Shown here in pieces: positions 52,201 to 61,200 of a stretch of 64,000 bases of DNA. Origin of the DNA: Botryllus schlosseri (taxonomy: Eukaryota); contig CM119373.1 in assembly GCA_051294905.1 (NCBI GenBank), forward strand, positions 498,001 through 562,000. Direction: 5' to 3'. Each line of letters begins with the position of its first letter. The first letter of the stretch is position 1. The notes beneath the pieces were generated by a model. That model saw only the letters and a program-made list of their open reading frames with translations, ran no database searches and had not been told where the DNA came from. The translations under genes and the position numbers were made by a program.

Positions 52201-55200
52201 AAAAATGTAGCGACAGTTCTAATTATAATCTAATTTGGACAAAAAATGTGTAGCTACAGTTCTAATTCTAATTTTGAACTAATTTGGACAAAAAAAATGT
52301 AGCGACAGTTCTAATTATAATCTAATTTGGACAAAAAAATGTGTTGCTGCAGTTCTAATTATAATCTAATTTGGACAAAAAATGTGTAGCTACAGTTCTA
52401 ATTCTAATTCTGATCTAATTTGGACAAAAAAATGTGTTGCTGCAGTTTTAATTATAATCTAATTTGGACAAAAAAATGTGTTGCTGCAGTTCTAATTATA
52501 ATCTAATTTGGACAAAAAAATGTGTTGCTGCAGTTCTAATTATAATCTAATTCGGATAAAAAAATGTGTTGCTGCAGCTCTAATTATAATCTAATTTGTA
52601 TAAAAAATTTGTAGCTACAGTTCTAATTCTAATTCTGATCTAATTTGGACAAAAAAATGTGTTGCTGCAGTTCTAATTCTGATCTAATTTGGACAAAAAA
52701 ATGTGTTGCTGCAGTTCTAATTATAATCTAATTTGGACAAAAAAATGTGTTGCTGCAGTTCTAATTATAATCTAATTCGGATAAAAAAATGTGTTGCTGC
52801 AGTTCTAATTATAATCTAATTTGGAAAAAAAAAATGTAGCGACAGTTCTAATTATAATCTAATTTGGACAAAAAATGTGTAGCTACAGTTCTAATTCTAA
52901 TTTTGAACTAATTTGGACAAAAAAAATGTAGCGACAGTTCTAATTATAATCTAATTTGGACAAAAAAATGTGTTGCTGCAGTTCTAATTCTGATTCTGAA
53001 CTAATTTGGACAAAAAAAATGTGTTGCTGCAGTTCTAATTATAATCTAATTTGGACAAAAAATGTGTAGCTACAGTTCTAATTCTAATTCTGATCTAATT
53101 TGGACAAAAAAATGTGTAGCTGCAGTTCTAATTATAATCTAATTTGGACAAAAAATGTGTAGCTACAGTTCTAATTCTAATTCTGATCTAATTTGGACAA
53201 AAAAATGTGTTGCTGCAGTTCTAATTATAATCTAATTTGGACAAAAAAATGTGTAGCTGCAGTTCTAATTATAATCTAATTTGGACAAAAAATGTGTAGC
53301 TACAGTTCTAATTCTAATTCTGATCTAATTTGGACAAAAAAATGTGTTGCTGCAGTTCTAATTATAATCTAATTTGGACAAAAAATGTGTAGCTACAGTT
53401 CTAATTCTAATTCTGATCTAATTTGGACAAAAAAATGTGTTGCTGCAGTTCTAATTATAATCTAATTTGGACAAAAAAATGTGTTGCTGCAGTTCTAATT
53501 ATAATCTAATCTGGACAAAAAATGTGTTGCTGCAGTTCTAATTATAATCTAATTTGGACAAAAAATGTGTAGCTACAGTTCTAATTATAATCTAATTCGG
53601 ATAAAAAAATGTGTAGCTACAGTTCTAATTCTAATTCTGATCTAATTTGGAAAAAAATGTGTAGCTACAGTTCTAATTCTAATCTAATTTGGAAAAAAAA
53701 TATGTAGCTACAGTTCTAATTCTGATCTAATTTTGAAAAAAAATGTGTAGCTACAGTTCTAATTCTAATCTAATTTGGAAAAAAAATATGTAGCTACAGT
53801 TCTAATTCTGAACTAATTTGGATAAAAAAATGTGTAGCTACAGTTCTAATTCTGAACTAATTTGGATAAAAAATATGTAGCTACAGTTCTAATTCTAATT
53901 CTAATCTAATTTGGACAAAAATATGTAGCTACAGTTCTAATTCTAATCTAATTTGGACAAAAAATTGTAACTACAGTTCTAATTCTAATCTAATTTGGAC
54001 AAAAAATTGTAGCTACAGTTCTAATTCTAATCTAATTTGGATAAAAAATTGTAGCTACAGTTCTAATTCTAATCTAATTTGGATAAAAAATTGTAGCTAC
54101 AGTTCTAATTCTGAACTAATTTGGATAAAAAAATGTGTAGCTACAGTTCTAATTCTAATTCTGATCTAATTTGGAAAAAAAAAATGTAGCGACAGTTCTA
54201 ATTATAATCTAATTTGGACAAAAAATGTGTTGCTGCAGTTCTAATTATAATCTAATTTGGACAAAAAATGTGTAGCTACAGTTCTAATTCTAATTCTGAT
54301 CTAATTTGGACAAAAAAATGTGTTGCTGCAGTTCTAATTATAATCTAATTTGGACAAAAAAATGTGTTGCTGCAGTTCTAATTATAATCTAATTTGGACA
54401 AAAAAATGTGTTGCTGCAGTTCTAATTATAATCTAATTTGGACAAAAAAATGTGTTGCTGCAGCTCTAATTATAATCTAATTTGGACAAAAAAATGTGTT
54501 GCTGCAGTTCTAATTATAATCTAATTTGGATAAAAAATTTGTAACTGCAGTTCTAATTCTAATTCTGAACTAATTTGGACAAAAAAAATGTAGCGACAGT
54601 TCTAATTCTAATTCTGATCTAATTTGGACAAAAAAATGTGTTGCTGCAGTTCTAATTATAATCTAATTTGGACAAAAAATGTGTAGCTACAGTTCTAATT
54701 CTAATTCTGATCTAATTTGGACAAAAAAATGTGTTGCTGCAGTTCTAATTATAATCTAATTTGGACAAAAAAATGTGTTGCTGCAGTTCTAATTATAATC
54801 TAATTTGGACAAAAATATGTGTTGCTGCAGTTCTAATTATAATCTAATTCGGATAAAAAAATGTGTAGCTACAGTTCTAATTCTAATTCTGATCTAATTT
54901 GGAAAAAAAAAATGTAGCGACAGTTCTAATTATAATCTAATTTGGACAAAAAATGTGTAGCTACAGTTCTAATTCTAATTCTGAACTAATTTGGACAAAA
55001 AAAATGTAGCGACAGTTCTAATTATAATCTAATTTGGACAAAAAATGTGTAGCTACAGTTCTAATTCTAATTCTGAACTAATTTGGAAAAAAAAAATGTA
55101 GCGACAGTTCTAATTATAATCTAATTTGGACAAAAAATGTGTAGCTACAGTTCTAATTCTAATTCTGATCTAATTTGGACAAAAAAATGTGTTGCTGCAG

Positions 55201-58200
55201 TTCTAATTATAATCTAATTTGGACAAAAAAATGTGTTGCTGCAGTTCTAATTATAATCTAATTTGGACAAAAAAATGTGTTGCTGCAGTTCTAATTATAA
55301 TCTAATTCGGATAAAAAAATGTGTAGCTACAGTTCTAATTCTAATTCTGATCTAATTTGGAAAAAAAAAATGTAGCGACAGTTCTAATTATAATCTAATT
55401 TGGACAAAAAATGTGTAGCTACAGTTCTAATTCTAATTCTGAACTAATTTGGACAAAAAAAATGTAGCGACAGTTCTAATTATAATCTAATTTGGACAAA
55501 AAATGTGTAGCTACAGTTCTAATTCTAATTCTGAACTAATTTGGAAAAAAAAAATGTAGCGACAGTTCTAATTATAATCTAATTTGGACAAAAAATGTGT
55601 AGCTACAGTTCTAATTCTAATTCCGATCTAATTTGGAAAAAAAAAATGTAGCGACAGTTCTAATTATAATCTAATTTGGACAAAAAATGTGTAGCTACAG
55701 TTCTAATTCTAATTCTGAACTAATTTGGACAAAAAAAATGTAGCGACAGTTCTAATTATAATCTAATTTGGACAAAAAAATGTGTTGCTGCAGTTCTAAT
55801 TCTGATTCTGAACTAATTTGGACAAAAAAAATGTGTTGCTGCAGTTCTAATTATAATCTAATTTGGACAAAAAATGTGTAGCTACAGTTCTAATTCTAAT
55901 TCTGATCTAATTTGGACAAAAAAATGTGTTGCTGCAGTTCTAATTATAATCTAATTTGGATAAAAAATTAGTAGCTACAGTTCTAATTCTGAACTAATTT
56001 GGATAAAAAATGTGTAGCTACAGTTCTAATTCTAATCTAATTTGGATAAAAAATTTGTAGCTGCAGTTCTAATTATAATCTAAATTGGACAAAAAAATGT
56101 GTAGCTGCAGTTCTAATTCTAATTCTGAACTAATTTGGACAAAAAAATGTGTTGCTGCAGTTCTAATTATAATCTAATTTGGACAAAAAAATGTGTTGCT
56201 GCAGTTCTAATTATAATCTAATTCGGATAAAAAATGTGTAGCTACAGTTCTAATTCTAATTCTGATCTAATTTGGAAAAAAAAAGTAGCGACAGTTCTAA
56301 TTATAATCTAATTTGGACAAAAAATGTGTTGCTACAGTTCTAATTCTAATTCTGAACTAATTTGGACAAAAAAATGTGTTGCTGCAGTTCTAATTATAAT
56401 CTAATTTGGACAAAAAAATGTGTTGCTGCAGTTCTAATTATAATCTAATTTGGACAAAAAAATGTGTTGCTGCAGTTCTAATTATAATCTAATTCGGATA
56501 AAAAATGTGTAGCTACAGTTCTAATTCTAATTCTGATCTAATTTGGAAAAAAAAAAGTAGCGACAGTTCTAATTATAATCTAATTTGGACAAAAAATGTG
56601 TAGCTACAGTTCTAATTCTGATTCTGAACTAATTTGGAAAAAAAAAATGTAGCGACAGTTCTAATTATAATCTAATTTGGACAAAAAATGTGTAGCTACA
56701 GTTCTAATTCTAATTCTGAACTAATTTGGACAAAAAAAATGTAGCGACAGTTCTAATTATAATCTAATTTGGACAAAAAATGTGTAGCTACAGTTCTAAT
56801 TCTAATTCTGAACTAATTTGGAAAAAAAAAATGTAGCGACAGTTCTAATTATAATCTAATTTGGACAAAAAATGTGTAGCTACAGTTCTAATTCTAATTC
56901 TGATCTAATTTGGACAAAAAAATGTGTTGCTGCAGTTCTAATTATAATCTAATTTGGACAAAAAAATGTGTTGCTGCAGTTCTAATTATAATCTAATTTG
57001 GACAAAAAAATGTGTTGCTGCAGTTCTAATTATAATCTAATTCGGATAAAAAAATGTGTAGCTACAGTTCTAATTCTAATTCTGATCTAATTTGGAAAAA
57101 AAAAATGTAGCGACAGTTCTAATTATAATCTAATTTGGACAAAAAATGTGTAGCTACAGTTCTAATTCTAATTCTGAACTAATTTGGACAAAAAAAATGT
57201 AGCGACAGTTCTAATTATAATCTAATTTGGACAAAAAATGTGTAGCTACAGTTCTAATTCTAATTCTGAACTAATTTGGAAAAAAAAAATGTAGCGACAG
57301 TTCTAATTATAATCTAATTTGGACAAAAAATGTGTAGCTACAGTTCTAATTCTAATTCCGATCTAATTTGGAAAAAAAAAATGTAGCGACAGTTCTAATT
57401 ATAATCTAATTTGGACAAAAAATGTGTAGCTACAGTTCTAATTCTAATTCTGAACTAATTTGGACAAAAAAAATGTAGCGACAGTTCTAATTATAATCTA
57501 ATTTGGACAAAAAAATGTGTTGCTGCAGTTCTAATTCTGATTCTGAACTAATTTGGAAAAAAAAAATGTAGCGACAGTTCTAATTATAATCTAATTTGGA
57601 CAAAAAAATGTGTAGCTACAGTTCTAATTCTGAACTAATTTGGATAAAAAATGTGTAGCTACAGTTCTAATTCTAATCTAATTTGGATAAAAAATTTGTA
57701 GCTGCAGTTCTAATTATAATCTAAATTGGACAAAAAAATGTGTAGCTGCAGTTCTAATTCTAATTCTGAACTAATTTGGACAAAAAAATGTGTTGCTGCA
57801 GTTCTAATTATAATCTAATTTGGACAAAAAAATGTGTTGCTGCAGTTCTAATTATAATCTAATTCGGATAAAAAATGTGTAGCTACAGTTCTAATTCTAA
57901 TTCTGATCTAATTTGGACAAAAAAATGTGTTGCTGCAGTTCTAATTATAATCTAATTTGGACAAAAAATGTGTAGCTACAGTTCTAATTCTAATTCTGAT
58001 CTAATTTGGAAAAAAAAATGTAGCGACAGTTCTAATTATAATCTAATTTGGACAAAAAATGTGTTGCTACAGTTCTAATTCTAATTCTGAACTAATTTGG
58101 ACAAAAAAAATGTAGCGACAGTTCTAATTATAATCTAACTTGGACAAAAAATGTGTAGCTACAGTTCTAATTCTAATTCTGAACTAATTTGGACAAAAAA

Positions 58201-61200
58201 AATGTAGCGACAGTTCTAATTATAATCTAACTTGGACAAAAAATGTGTAGCTACAGTTCTAATTCTAATTCTGAACTAATTTGGACAAAAAAAATGTGTA
58301 GCTACAGTTCTAATTCTAATTCTGATCTAATTTGGAAAAAAAAATGTAGCGACAGTTCTAATTATAATCTAATTTGGACAAAAAAATTTGTAACTGCAGT
58401 TCTAATTCTGATTCTGAACTAATTTGGACAAAAAAAATGTGTTGCTGCAGTTCTAATTATAATCTAATTTGGACAAAAAATGTGTAGCTACAGTTCTAAT
58501 TCTAATTCTGAACTAATTTGGACAAAAAAAATGTAGCGACAGTTCTAATTATAATCTAATTCGGATAAAAAAATGTGTAGCTACAGTTCTAATTCTAATT
58601 CTGAACTAATTTGGACAAAAAAAATGTAGCGACAGTTCTAATTATAATCTAACTTGGACAAAAAATGTGTAGCTACAGTTCTAATTCTAATTCTGAACTA
58701 ATTTGGACAAAAAAAATGTAGCGACAGTTCTAATTATAATCTAATTTGGACAAAAAAATTTGTAACTGCAGTTCTAATTCTGATTCTGAACTAATTTGGA
58801 CAAAAAAAATGTGTTGCTGCAGTTCTAATTATAATCTAATTTGGACAAAAAATGTGTAGCTACAGTTCTAATTCTAATTCTGAACTAATTTGGACAAAAA
58901 AAATGTAGCGACAGTTCTAATTCTAATTCTGATCTAATTTGGACAAAAAAATGTGTAGCTGCAGTTCTAATTATAATCTAATTTGGACAAAAAAATGTGT
59001 TGCTGCAGTTCTAATTATAATCTAATTTGGACAAAAAATGTGTAGCTACAGTTCTAATTCTAATTCTGAACTAATTTGGACAAAAAAAATGTAGCGACAG
59101 TTCTAATTCTAATTCTGAACTAATTTGGACAAAAAATGTGTAGCGACAGTTCTAATTCTAATTCTGATCTAATTTGGACAAAAAAATGTGTAGCTGCAGT
59201 TCTAATTATAATCTAATTTGGACAAAAAATGTGTTGCTACAGTTCTAATTCTAATTCTGAACTAATTTGGATAAAAAATGTGTAGCTACAGTTCTAATTC
59301 TAATCTAATTTGGATAAAAAATTTGTAGCTGCAGTTCTAATTATAATCTAAATTGGACAAAAAAATGTGTAGCTGCAGTTCTAATTCTAATTCTGAACTA
59401 ATTTGGACAAAAAAATGTGTTGCTGCAGTTCTAATTATAATCTAATTCGGATAAAAAATGTGTAGCTACAGTTCTAATTCTAATTCTGATCTAATTTGGA
59501 CAAAAAAAATGTAGCGACAGTTCTAATTCTAATTCTGATCTAATTTGGACAAAAAAATGTGTTGCTGCAGTTCTAATTATAATCTAATTTGGACAAAAAA
59601 TGTGTAGCTACAGTTCTAATTCTAATTCTGAACTAATTTGGACAAAAAAAATGTAGCGACAGTTCTAATTATAATCTAATTTGGACAAAAAAATGTGTTG
59701 CTGCAGTTCTAATTATAATCTAATTCGGATAAAAAAATGTGTAGCTACAGTTCTAATTCTAATTCTGATCTAATTTGGAAAAAAATGTGTAGCTACAGTT
59801 CTATTTCTGAACTAATTTGGATAAAAATTTGTAGCTGCAGTTCTAATTCTAATCTAATTTGGATAAAAAAATTGTGTAGTTACAGTTCTAATTCTGAACT
59901 TGTGTAGCCCTCATTGCCCTCATTCTTGTTTTAATCTGACTTGAAAAAACTGTAGCTATAAATCTAATTGTAGTCTAATTTTGAAAAAAACTGTATTCAA
60001 TCATTGTAATTTTAAACTAATTTTTAAAAACCGTAGCTTTCATTCTAATTATCGGCTAATTTGGAAAAAATGTGTAGCTATCATTCTAATTCTAGCGTTA
60101 TTCACAAAAAACTGTAGCTACAATTCTAATTCAAACCTAATTTTTAAAAAAAATGTTTAGCTATCATTCTAAATTATATCTAACTTGAAATGCAAAAAAT
60201 TTTCTCTTTAGCCAAGTCTGCTACGGCTTTATTTCTCAACGGCTACCAATATATCGACTTCTTCGTACTTGAAAGATTTCAAACACTGCGCGTTTGAGTC
60301 TCGCAAATAACTCAAAGTTCCGTCCAAGGTTTGTCGATATCTTCTCAAAGATGCCTTGATGACTTGCATGTAAGCTTCCAATTTCCCGTGCAGAGATGTT
60401 GTCAGTTCCACCAGTCTGTGAGAAAATACTTTCTGAGATAAATTGATGTATAACACAAATAATGTCCATACTTAGTACTGTATATCATTGATGCCATTGG
60501 TGTTTGAGATACACATTTCTGCTTTGTGGGATAGGATTGAAGCTTGATGTTGACGCTAGTTATTAACATAGATACCAATATTCGTACCGAGGCATACATT
60601 GGCCAGCCGATATAGTAGCCAGGATCTAATTACTACTATATCGAAAACACTCTCTCACTATTTTCCTTACAATAATTCATAGAGTGAACTTTTGTTGTGA
60701 GAGAGCAATTTAAGTTTTTAAAAGAACGAACAAAATTTACCATCAAGACACTCCATGATACTCCAAACCTTTTCAACAACTTTCCAGTTGGCAATCAATT
60801 CGGAAAAGTGGGCATTATGAGGTACTACGCTTAGGATAAGATACAAAGGCTGAAAGCAATTGCCTATGTCTTGTTATAATTAGCAAATTTCCTTCAAAGT
60901 TTATTAGTTGAGCTGTTCAGTTTATTAACTCAAGTCACCAAAAGATTTACCACTAGAAAAACACACAACGTTATAGAAATCAACAAATAAATGGATGGAT
61001 AAGACTGAAACCAATCGTCCTGAGAGTAAAACTAAATTTCTTCCAGAGTTAGTTTCATTTTAGTAACATTTCCTTTAGTAATATTGAGACAGACCACAAA
61101 TATTTGTTTATGGATCAACAAAATAACTTTGAGACTCCTACAATATTACATTGATATCGTGATTATTAATACATTAATTAATACCACACAGCCTTTCTAG

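Noticed and set aside
37337..59900. CRISPR-like array
   Set aside because: No unique spacers; only a few recurring monomer variants; eukaryotic intron context; no cas genes
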